DNA of 64,000 nucleotides. Source: Desulfatiglandales bacterium (GTDB lineage: Bacteria; Desulfobacterota; DSM-4660; Desulfatiglandales; Desulfatiglandaceae). The stretch is from positions 5,088,001 to 5,152,000 of the forward strand of contig OY759599.1 in assembly GCA_963662465.1 (NCBI GenBank), written 5' to 3'. Below are positions 55,737 through 64,000 of this stretch, piece after piece (the stretch's first letter is position 1; each line of letters begins with the position of its first letter). Position numbers and translations under genes: made by a program. The notes under the pieces are model-generated. The model saw only the letters and a program-made list of their open reading frames with translations. It was not told the origin of the DNA and searched no databases.

Positions 55737-56975
55737 CTATTCCTCCAGTTGTTCAATGAACGCTTCAATATTGGTTTTGGCCTGTTCCTCGGAGTAACAC
55801 CTGAGATCGCATAAATCTCCGTTGATGGTAAGGACCGGAATTCCTAATTTTCGGCACAAGCGCTCCGGCATGCCGTAACGGTTGTTCGAGTTGTTGGGGC
55901 AGGTCTTGGCGTCATGAAAGAGGATGCCGTCAAATTTATATTTCTCAAAACAATCGGTGATGTATTGCTCCTTATAGGGCTCGTCCCTGACGATAAACAG
56001 TTCCGTATAGGCCCGGGCCATGCTTTCAAAGGGCGCCGCCGGATCGAGCTGATCAAATATCCAGCTATTGCAGTAGGTGGAGGCCACCACGCAGGCTTTG
56101 AGGGAGAGCAACTGATCCGACAAAGGCCGCAGTTTCCCCCAGATGGGCATCCCTTCCCAGTAGAGCCGGTGCCTTTCCCCCTCCACGGCGGCCACGCCAT
56201 CTTTGATGCGTTGCTGCAATTCCGGCAGCAGGAGTTCATAATAATCCACTGCCTCCTTTGTGCCCCGGGCCACCACGGCCGGGCCCATGTGGATAGTGGC
56301 GTCAAAAAAGGTCCAGGGAGAGGGAATGGCGCCGGCCGATTCCAGGCAGGCCCGCCAGAGTTCGGAGGTTCGCCTGGAATACCCCAGGGCCTCCTTAAAA
56401 CGGTCCATATCCAGCCTTTCGCCGGTGACAGCCTCCAGGCGGGGGACCAGTCCCTCGAACTGGCTGGCAATATCCTTGATCTGCATGGGTTCGATGTCCC
56501 CGATATCCCGGTGGGTATGGACCCCCACCAGGGGCACATTCAACTCCCTGGCATACCAGGCAAACCAGTCCTGTACATCCCGGCACTGGTTGGTGTTGAA
56601 CACCAGCACATCGGGTCTGGGCACCGATTCAATATTGTAAACCTTGGTGAGCGGGCTTTTTTTCTGAATATAGCTTCCCACGTCACATGTGAGATAGGAA
56701 CAGATATCGGGGGAATACCCCAGCGCGTTGGCGTAGGGAATCAGATCCGTGGACATGCGGGTAGCGCCCAGCATGGCGCCGTGGTTTTCCGGGAAATAAA
56801 CCAGAAACCCCATCCCCCGGAGCAGTTCCGCCGGGCCCACGCTGGTACACCAGGCGATTTTCCTGGAACCGGTCTTGACTGCCTCATCCATTTCATAAAA
56901 GTGGTCGGCCATGAGCTTTTTGCATGCCTTGGCTGCCGCAATCTTCTTAAACTGACCCTGCTTTTGCTCCGTCAT
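55737..56975 (-). CDS. 2-hydroxyacyl-CoA dehydratase / benzoyl-CoA reductase-type subunit (HGD-D family)
   Basis: GPAELL, FPENH, DICSY, NQCRD, RLYWEGMPIW, KTC, NIEAFIE. Confidence 0.85.
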   Translation of the reverse strand: MTEQKQGQFKKIAAAKACKKLMADHFYEMDEAVKTGSRKIAWCTSVGPAELLRGMGFLVYFPENHGAMLGATRMSTDLIPYANALGYSPDICSYLTCDVGSYIQKKSPLTKVYNIESVPRPDVLVFNTNQCRDVQDWFAWYARELNVPLVGVHTHRDIGDIEPMQIKDIASQFEGLVPRLEAVTGERLDMDRFKEALGYSRRTSELWRACLESAGAIPSPWTFFDATIHMGPAVVARGTKEAVDYYELLLPELQQRIKDGVAAVEGERHRLYWEGMPIWGKLRPLSDQLLSLKACVVASTYCNSWIFDQLDPAAPFESMARAYTELFIVRDEPYKEQYITDCFEKYKFDGILFHDAKTCPNNSNNRYGMPERLCRKLGIPVLTINGDLCDLRCYSEEQAKTNIEAFIEQLEE

Positions 56976-56988
56976 GAGGATCCTCTTT

Positions 56989-59589
56989 CTATTCTTCCAA
57001 CGCTTTTGCGACCATTTCGGTGATATCCATCACCTTCATCTTGCCCCGTTCCTTTTTGGGAATGGCCTTGACGCCTTTTTTCAGGTTATCCTTACAGGCC
57101 GCGCAACCGGAAACGATGATCTCCGCCCCCACCGCCAGGGCATCCCGCACCCTTTCCGCGGCCATAGCCGCGGCCAGATCCGGATCACTGGCCTGCAGAC
57201 CGCCGCCGGCGCCGCAGCAACGGGCCTGAAGTCGGTTTCGAGCCATCTCCACATAGTCAAGACCCGGCACACTTTGAAGGATACTGCGCGGTTCATCAAA
57301 AATCTTGAATGTCCGACCCAGGTCGCAGGGATCGTGGTAAGTGACCTTTTTCCCCAAATCCCCTTTCAGCTTAATCCGGCCGTCCTGGATCAATTTTTCA
57401 AGATAATGGACCGAATGATAGATTTTTAGGCCCAAATCGCCGATTTCCGGATAGAGTTTGACAAAGGTCTTGTAACAGCCGGCGCACGGCGTCACCAGCT
57501 CCTTGGCCCCGGTGGCTTTAATCTTTTCAATGAGTTTTTTCCCATTGGCCGCAAACCCTTCACGGTCCCCCATGAGAAACAAAGGGAATCCGCAGCAACT
57601 CTCGCTAATAGCCAGAGTGGTATAGTCCACTCCGGCTGCATCCAGTGGTTTGATGAGGCTGGGTACCATTTTCATGTCCAAATAACTGGGAACGCATCCC
57701 ATGAACAGCAGGGTTTCCGCCTGTGGCTTGAGTTGTGCGTCTTCTACCAGCTTCTTGAGGGCTGGTGGATAAATGTCGATCCGGTCTTCCCTGGCGCTGG
57801 CATACACGTTTCCGGTTTTTTCAATGTTGTCCCGCACCGCCAAAACCGGTTCAGGCGTAAGCCCCTTTTTATAGAGCTTCTCCCGAACGTTTTCCACAAT
57901 CTCATCCACCTTGACCTGGGCCGGACAGAAATAGGTGCAGGCCTGGCAAGTGGTGCAGGTATAAAAGGATTCAACAAATTCCTTATCCGGTTCGATGGTC
58001 CCATTCAAAAAATTAAACGCCAGAACATTTCGACCTCTGGCATTCTTGCTTTCCCGGTGGGTAACGCTGAAGGTGGGACATCCCAGACGGCAGAACCCGC
58101 AACAGATGCAAGCCAGAATTTCGTTGTCAATACGTTCACCATAGGAATTGACGCCTTCCGGATGATCGATGAGCGGTTGAAAGGCAAAATAGTCGTAAAT
58201 ATCGTATTTTTTCTTTTCCAGCCCCATTTTCCCGGGATTGAGAATATTATTGGGGTCCAGCGCATTCTTGATGGACCGCATGACGTCCAGGGCCGGTCCC
58301 AGCTGTTTTTCAATATAGGGAGCCCGGGCCAGCCCCGTCCCGTGTTCGGCGGTAATGGTCCCCCCCATTTCAAGGGCCAGGTCCGCCAGCTCGTCGGCGG
58401 CGGGCCGCAGCCGGTCCCATTCATCCTTGCTCCGCATGTCCGTGACCATGGTGGTGTGGACGTTCCCATCGCCGATATGCCCGAAAGTGGTCATGAGCAA
58501 GTTATATTTTTGGGATATTGCCTGTGCGCGTTTGATCACTTCCGGAATTTTGGTGGGGGGAATGCCCAGGTCTTCTGAAATGGCCACCAGCCGGTGTCCG
58601 GGTTTGATTCGGGAGAGAGTCGGCACCAGTTTCCCCCTGGCCTCCATGATTTCTCCGGCTCTTGCGGGATCATCGGACCAGGTAAATTCTTTGACCTGAT
58701 GTTTATGGCAGATGTCGTTGATCCGTTCCATGTCCTTGACAACGGTCTCCTGGACCCCGTCCGACTCAATGATCAGCATAGCCTCGATGCCCGTAATATC
58801 CCGTTCAATGGCCTTTTCCACGACCTTCAGGCTGTATTTGTCGAGAATTTCACAGGCGGTGAGCTGAATGCCTGACCCAATGATGTCGGTGACGGCGGCG
58901 CCCGCCGCAAACAGGTCATCAAAAATTGCCAGGGCCAAAGCGTTGTATTCCGGCAGGATCTGGATTTTAACGGTAACCTCCGTAATGACCCCCAGGGTCC
59001 CTTCGGAACTGGCGAAGACCCGGTTGAGATCATAGCCGAAAGAGGATTTGGGCGTTTTAAAGCCGGTTTTAATAACGGCGCCGTCCGCCATAACCACCGT
59101 GAGATCCTTGACGTAATCCCGGGCCGTTCCGTATTTGACGGCCCGGTGACCGCTGGCGTTGGTGGACATCATACCGCCGATGGTGGCGATGGCCTCACTG
59201 CCGGGGTTAGGGGGGAACATGAGGTTCTGTTTGCGCAGTTCCGTATTTAATTGTACGCAGATGACGCCCGGTTCCACCCGGGCATAGAAGTTGCTCTTGT
59301 CGATTTCAAGGATATGGTTCATGCGGTGAAGATCCAGGAGGATACCCCCTTCCACGGGCAGAGAAGCCCCCGTGGTGGCGGTTCCCGAACCCTGCACCGT
59401 CACCGGAACCTTGTGTTCATTGGCGAGCCGCATGATGGCGGACACCTGGTCCGTGGTAAAGGCAAAAACCACCGCATCGGGGATGCCCTCATGCACGGAA
59501 AGATCTCGAGAATAACTCAAACATTCGACGCGATCATTAAATACGTTTTCCCGGCCGACGATTTCGATAAGTTCGGGTATGATATCCAT
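56989..59589 (-). CDS. FAD-linked 2-hydroxyacid oxidoreductase (GlcD-like) fused to a 2x[4Fe-4S] + CCG domain (GlcF-like)
   Basis: TIGGMMSTNASG, SEGTLG, GHIGDGNVH, AEHGTG, LNPGK; CICCGFCRLGCP, CTTCQACTYFCP, CCG twice, YHDPCDLGR. Confidence 0.9.
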   Translation of the reverse strand: MDIIPELIEIVGRENVFNDRVECLSYSRDLSVHEGIPDAVVFAFTTDQVSAIMRLANEHKVPVTVQGSGTATTGASLPVEGGILLDLHRMNHILEIDKSNFYARVEPGVICVQLNTELRKQNLMFPPNPGSEAIATIGGMMSTNASGHRAVKYGTARDYVKDLTVVMADGAVIKTGFKTPKSSFGYDLNRVFASSEGTLGVITEVTVKIQILPEYNALALAIFDDLFAAGAAVTDIIGSGIQLTACEILDKYSLKVVEKAIERDITGIEAMLIIESDGVQETVVKDMERINDICHKHQVKEFTWSDDPARAGEIMEARGKLVPTLSRIKPGHRLVAISEDLGIPPTKIPEVIKRAQAISQKYNLLMTTFGHIGDGNVHTTMVTDMRSKDEWDRLRPAADELADLALEMGGTITAEHGTGLARAPYIEKQLGPALDVMRSIKNALDPNNILNPGKMGLEKKKYDIYDYFAFQPLIDHPEGVNSYGERIDNEILACICCGFCRLGCPTFSVTHRESKNARGRNVLAFNFLNGTIEPDKEFVESFYTCTTCQACTYFCPAQVKVDEIVENVREKLYKKGLTPEPVLAVRDNIEKTGNVYASAREDRIDIYPPALKKLVEDAQLKPQAETLLFMGCVPSYLDMKMVPSLIKPLDAAGVDYTTLAISESCCGFPLFLMGDREGFAANGKKLIEKIKATGAKELVTPCAGCYKTFVKLYPEIGDLGLKIYHSVHYLEKLIQDGRIKLKGDLGKKVTYHDPCDLGRTFKIFDEPRSILQSVPGLDYVEMARNRLQARCCGAGGGLQASDPDLAAAMAAERVRDALAVGAEIIVSGCAACKDNLKKGVKAIPKKERGKMKVMDITEMVAKALEE

Positions 59590-59739
59590 GGCATGACCTC
59601 CTGTTAGTGTGGGCTTTGGACAGCGGTTTTCAATTTTTTCGAGCTGACGAGGCAGCCCCTTCATGGCTATGATTTAGCTACAATGTGACTAAATATCAGC
59701 CGATGGAAGGTTTGTCAAGGCAAAAGAGGAGACAACGGA

Positions 59740-61092
59740 TTAAGGAGTTTTTCCAAAAAGCCCCCTGATTTCCACTCGATCGAACCATCCAAAGGATCGC
59801 CTGATTTGCCCAAGCCAACTGGAGGTGTAAATATAATTGACCATGATGCCGCAGGATTCCCGCAATCCCTTGGGGGAGGGGTTAGCCAGGAAATGAACAT
59901 TTTTTTCGGTGACGGCGGCGCCGTTCCCCAGATGAAACCCCGCAACGGGATTGCGGGGCTTGTTCCGGGACGTTTTTTCTTCGGCGATATAGTGGTACGC
60001 GATTCGGCAAAGGGGGCTTTTCAGGTCCTTTTTCAGGCCTTCGTCCCGAACCCATCCCTCCCGGCTCAAAATGGAAAGGAGGACCTTACAGAAACCGTTT
60101 GAAGTTATACTTTCTTCTCCTTCTCGTTCCAGGAGCTTTGCTGCGGCTTTTTTCGGAAAATAGTCCATGACATCATCCTGCTTGAGGGAAAAGCCGTCAT
60201 CTTTTCCTTCCAGCAGGGGTTTTAAATAGCCGTTCCAAAAACCGGGAATCGGACTCAGAGTCACGAAATTTTTGAGTTTTTTATTTTCAGTTTTCAAGTA
60301 TTCCACAACCTTTCCAATCAACATTTTGCCCATCCCCAGCCCCACCAATCCGTTCTGGGTATTGTTGATGGAATAGAAAACGGCCGTATCGGCCCTGGTT
60401 TCACCCGGCCGGTTTTCGGGTTCGGCCATGATTTCGGCCATGCTTCGAGCAATCCCCCGGGTCAGGGCCACTTCGATAAAAATGATGGGTTCATAAGGCA
60501 TCAACCGGTGGTAAAGGGCGAAGCAACGCCGGTCCTTGCCCAGGCGCCGGCCCATTTCCTCGATGCCGGCCATAGGGTGGACCAAGTCGCGATCCTTGAT
60601 AAGGGCGATCTGCCCGTAAGCGGAGTTGAGGGTGATTTCTTCCAGATAAAGAAAGCCTTCCTGAAACCACATCTCAAAAAGGAAGACGATGTCGGAATCC
60701 AGGGGCTTCAGATTGAGCGCTGTCCTGCGGCTGATAGACAACAAATCCCCTCGAAAATCCAGGAGGAATTTAAGGCCGCCCGGAGACAGGGAGATCTTCT
60801 TGAAAACGTCAAGGCGCGGCGAATAGGCCAGGGTTCTCAGTTGGGAAATCAGGTGGGGCCAGGATGGATCATTCGGTCGACATGCCGCCAGGGTCTTCAG
60901 CAGGGGCTGTAAATCATCTGGAAGGACTTCCATCCGGTCAATGACCACTCGGAAAAAATTCTCTTTTTCACTTTTTTCCAAGGTCTCATACAAGCCTTTG
61001 GCCTCTTCAAACACCTTGTTCACGTCAACATCTTTTTTTCGGATGGTTTGAAAGGCTTCGATGATGGCTTCAACGGGCTCTTGGTTCTGCAT
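59740..61092 (-). CDS. Malonyl-CoA decarboxylase
   Basis: LVHP, DRRCFA, IFIEVALT, AVFYSINNTQ, FVTLSPIPGF, PVAGFHLGNGA, GIMVNY. Confidence 0.9.
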   Translation of the reverse strand: MQNQEPVEAIIEAFQTIRKKDVDVNKVFEEAKGLYETLEKSEKENFFRVVIDRMEVLPDDLQPLLKTLAACRPNDPSWPHLISQLRTLAYSPRLDVFKKISLSPGGLKFLLDFRGDLLSISRRTALNLKPLDSDIVFLFEMWFQEGFLYLEEITLNSAYGQIALIKDRDLVHPMAGIEEMGRRLGKDRRCFALYHRLMPYEPIIFIEVALTRGIARSMAEIMAEPENRPGETRADTAVFYSINNTQNGLVGLGMGKMLIGKVVEYLKTENKKLKNFVTLSPIPGFWNGYLKPLLEGKDDGFSLKQDDVMDYFPKKAAAKLLEREGEESITSNGFCKVLLSILSREGWVRDEGLKKDLKSPLCRIAYHYIAEEKTSRNKPRNPVAGFHLGNGAAVTEKNVHFLANPSPKGLRESCGIMVNYIYTSSWLGQIRRSFGWFDRVEIRGLFGKTP

Positions 61093-61204
61093 GGGCGCAT
61101 TCCTCGAAAAATCGGAGAGTGTACCATCATAACATTCCAAAAACGTCAATAGCAAGACCAAGACTTGGGAACCGGCAATTCCAATTTGAAATGATAATCT
61201 TGTG

Positions 61205-61247
61205 GTAGAGACAATGCATGCTTAGACAAGGCATGCCTTGTCTCTAC
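61205..61247. repeat. GTAG-type palindromic REP of a second family
   Basis: GTAGAGACAATGCATGCTTAGACAAGGCATGCCTTGTCTCTAC. Confidence 0.75.
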
Positions 61248-61354
61248 AGCAAATATGAGACGGATGCTTTACAATTCCGTTTTCGGGTGCTAAATTCATC
61301 GAAAAATAGTTCTACATTTGGGTGTGGCGAAGAATCCGTGTGTGGAGATGATCC

Positions 61355-62926
61355 ATGGGAAATGGTTTTTTGACGATTTGTATGGTTTTTTCCCTCCTGT
61401 TCGCTATCGGGGACGCGTTTTGTCAGCCGAAAAAGGATACACTTGTGGTTTGCCTGGGAAAAGCGAAACCAGGAAGTCTCGACCCGGCCGTCAGCAATAC
61501 CCGCCAGGTATTGACCCTCTATCATAACTGGGGCGATACCCTGTTTTACAGGGACCCGGTGGATGGCACAATCCTCCCCTGCCTGGCCCAATCCTACCGG
61601 TTCCTGGATAATGGCGATCTTGAGCTGTCGCTGCGAAAGGGGATTGTATTCCATAATGGGGAACCCTTTAATGCCGCGGCCGTTAAATTTTCCGTGAACC
61701 TTCTCAAAAAGTCGGATTCCCGGGTTTCACAATACCTGATCAATATTCAAGACGTCGTTATTCTGGATGATTACACGGTTCGCATTGAAGTGGTAAAGCC
61801 CATCCCCACATTTTTGCAGCTCCTCGCCAATGTGGTGTTCATCTATCCACCGGGGTACTACCGCCAGGTGGGAAAAAAAGGCTTCGGCCAACATCCCGTG
61901 GGGACAGGTCCTTACCAATGGGTTTCCAGAAAAGGTCCTTTGGAAATGGATTTTGAAGCCAATCCCCGTTATTTCGGCAAGCCCAAGGGGAAAGCAAAGA
62001 TTCCAAAATTAAAGCTCCTCACCATCAAGGAAACAATTCCACAGATGGAAGCCCTGATTTCCGGAAAAGTGGACCTTATTCGTTCCGGGTGTGTTAACCC
62101 GGAACAGTCGTTTTTCCTCGAACAGACCGACCAAGTGAAGCTCCTCAGTACAAATATATTGAGAGTCTATTTTCTGGTAATGGATGCACAGGGCCGCAGC
62201 GGCGCAACCCCCTTTAAAAATAAAAAAGTGCGCCAGGCGGTGAATCATGCCATTGATCGGCAAAGCATTCTAAAAAATGCCTTTGGCGGGTATGGCCTTA
62301 TTTCCGACAGTGTCCTAAGTCCGCTGCATTTCGGTTACGAAAAGGATGTGACCCATTATCCCTATGACCCCGCCAGGGCCGGAGAACTTCTGGCCGAAGC
62401 CGGATACCCAAACGGTTTTGAAGTAGAATATTATCCCATCAATAATGAGAGTGCCGCCGAGAATATCCTCGAAAATCTCAAGGCCGTGGGGATCCGGGCA
62501 AAGCCCCAATGGATGTTGGGGAAATGGGATCATCTCTATAGAAGGTTCCTGAACGGAAAACTCCCCTTGGTTTTCCTGACCTGGGGCAGTTATTCCATTT
62601 TTGACGCCGGCGCCCTGTTGAACAACTTTTTCATGGCCGATTCCTACGCCTGCTACGGCACAACCCCTGAGATTGACCGGCTGTTGAAACAGGCAAATGG
62701 TTCTCAGGACCTGAAAAAACGAAAAAGGCTGTTTTCCAGGGCGCAAAAATGTATTTCGGAAGAGGCATTCTGGGCGCCCATCTGTTCCGTTGAGGTGTTG
62801 TGCGCGATGCACAAAGACCTTCACTTTCAACCGGCCATGGACGAAATTGATCGATACTTTACGGCGTTCTGGCCATCCAATAAAACCGATAGCGTTCCCA
62901 TGACAGGCCATGATCAGAAGCGTTAG
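61355..62926 (+). CDS. Family 5 ABC substrate-binding protein
   Basis: SLDP, PCLAQS, FHNGEPFNAAAVKFS, PVGTGPY, VRQAVNHAIDR, YDPARA. Confidence 0.9.
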   Translation: MGNGFLTICMVFSLLFAIGDAFCQPKKDTLVVCLGKAKPGSLDPAVSNTRQVLTLYHNWGDTLFYRDPVDGTILPCLAQSYRFLDNGDLELSLRKGIVFHNGEPFNAAAVKFSVNLLKKSDSRVSQYLINIQDVVILDDYTVRIEVVKPIPTFLQLLANVVFIYPPGYYRQVGKKGFGQHPVGTGPYQWVSRKGPLEMDFEANPRYFGKPKGKAKIPKLKLLTIKETIPQMEALISGKVDLIRSGCVNPEQSFFLEQTDQVKLLSTNILRVYFLVMDAQGRSGATPFKNKKVRQAVNHAIDRQSILKNAFGGYGLISDSVLSPLHFGYEKDVTHYPYDPARAGELLAEAGYPNGFEVEYYPINNESAAENILENLKAVGIRAKPQWMLGKWDHLYRRFLNGKLPLVFLTWGSYSIFDAGALLNNFFMADSYACYGTTPEIDRLLKQANGSQDLKKRKRLFSRAQKCISEEAFWAPICSVEVLCAMHKDLHFQPAMDEIDRYFTAFWPSNKTDSVPMTGHDQKR

Positions 62927-63500
62927 AAACATCTTTTTTTGCTTGTTGGTGATCTTTTCCTGGGTCCAGATCGACCGTGGGGTTCCGCTTGCCGACGCGG
63001 GGGCAAACCATAAGGAGGTTATGGCCCTCTACCTGTATAATTTCCTCCTTTTCGTAGACTGGCCCGAAGGCGACTGCGGACAACGCAATACCCTCAATGT
63101 AAGCATCTATGGCGATCCTCTGCTTTTTAAGGCCTTCGCTCCCATGTCGGGGAAGCTGATCAAGGGGAAAAAACTGCATCTGAGTTCATCGGAAACCCTT
63201 GAGGATCTGGAGATCGCTTGTCAGGTTCTTTTTGTCGGCAAGGGGAAACAGTCGGATATACCGGCTATTTTGAAAAGAATCCATAACCGGTGTATCCTGA
63301 CATTGAGTGATGTAAAAGGCTTCACACGGAAGGGGGGGATGGTTTATCTTAAGAATCCGGCCGATACATCGCACGCCGATGTCGGGAGGAAGAAATTCGA
63401 AATAAACCTGTCCGCCGTTAAACGTTCCTGCCTGAAAATCCGATCAAGACTGCTCAGGATATCCGATATCGTATCTGACGGCAACGCTGCCAAACCTTGA
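62910..63500 (+). CDS. YfiR family periplasmic protein
   Basis: YLYNFLLFVDWP, CQVLFV, LTLSD...GGMV, FEINL, IRSRLLR. Confidence 0.88.
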   Translation: MIRSVRNIFFCLLVIFSWVQIDRGVPLADAGANHKEVMALYLYNFLLFVDWPEGDCGQRNTLNVSIYGDPLLFKAFAPMSGKLIKGKKLHLSSSETLEDLEIACQVLFVGKGKQSDIPAILKRIHNRCILTLSDVKGFTRKGGMVYLKNPADTSHADVGRKKFEINLSAVKRSCLKIRSRLLRISDIVSDGNAAKP

Positions 63501-63518
63501 GGGACTTAACAAAACGCC

Positions 63519-64000
63519 ATGGTTTATTTTAAGAATCTTCCCATCAGGCAAAAAATTCTTTCCGTTCTTATGGTGGTCAACATAACCTCCTTGCTCATGG
63601 TTTTTGGCGGTTTTTTGATTTATGACCGATGGGAAATTCGGCAAAGCAGTATCGCCCAAAGCGCTACGATTGCCGATATTTTGGCCTACAACTGCACGGC
63701 AGCCCTGTTGTTTGACGATGCAAAGGATGCTCGGGAAACCCTCGCCGTTCTCAAAACAAAGCCGTCCGTTGTTTCAGCCCGGGTTTTCACTAAAAAGGGA
63801 ACCCTTCTGGCCGGCTATGTTCGCGCGGATCAAAAAACCCGCGGAACGTCACATGAAATTCCAAAAAACGGCCACTATTTTGAAAACGGAATGCTTCATT
63901 TTCATAAGGTTGTGGAGATGGCCCATGAACGGATTGGAGCCCTGTGCATACAGTCGGACCTGCATGAAATGACTGAAATTACAAAAGATCATGCCTATAT
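63519..64000 (+). CDS. Membrane sensor N-terminus (YfiN/CHASE8-type periplasmic domain), truncated by the window edge
   Basis: MVYFKNLPIRQKILSVLMVVNITSLL...IADILAYNCTAALLFDDAKDARETLAVL; open to position 64000. Confidence 0.8.
   Translation, partial: MVYFKNLPIRQKILSVLMVVNITSLLMVFGGFLIYDRWEIRQSSIAQSATIADILAYNCTAALLFDDAKDARETLAVLKTKPSVVSARVFTKKGTLLAGYVRADQKTRGTSHEIPKNGHYFENGMLHFHKVVEMAHERIGALCIQSDLHEMTEITKDHAY

Noticed and set aside
44648..58578. Long antisense ORFs (44648-45625, 55914-57023, 57733-58578 and similar)
   Set aside because: Shadows of well-supported genes on the opposite strand in GC-rich coding DNA.

Overview
A 64-kb window that looks like it comes from a Desulfobacterota (deltaproteobacterial) anaerobe; this is inferred from gene content (MOP-type aldehyde oxidoreductase, YqeB, dehydratase/activase). 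The left half (about 1-31.6 kb) is an accessory/defence island with almost all genes on the + strand. It opens with a REP-associated tyrosine transposase (RAYT, Y1/HUH + DnaA_C-like tail). Genes and gene blocks are then separated by modular multi-hairpin REP-like repeats, + oriented on the left and inverted on the right. Cargo includes a secreted SNase-HhH nuclease, a 10x IPT/TIG surface protein, a Nudix + PLD-SF2 helicase-DUF3427 pair (SauUSI-like), and an AT-rich coupled two-gene module (HEPN-SNF2 helicase + sacsin/GHKL ATPase-HNH) that I cannot assign to a named system. It also carries a truncated DGQHR protein, a second PLD-helicase with a methyltransferase, a RelE/ParE toxin-antitoxin pair inside a 17-bp inverted repeat, a DUF1848 gene split by a 101-bp MITE, and several remnants. 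The right half (31.8-64 kb) is mainly metabolic. It holds convergent cyuP-like/cyuA-like genes, a HEPN-MNT pair, a Mo-uptake/Mo-hydroxylase maturation cluster, a Na/Pi cotransporter, a divergent MOP-family aldehyde oxidoreductase, a 2-hydroxyacid/acyl-CoA cluster, malonyl-CoA decarboxylase and an SBP-YfiR-sensor operon cut by the window edge. No rRNA, tRNA or CRISPR array was seen. All family calls come from motif recognition by eye, not database searches.
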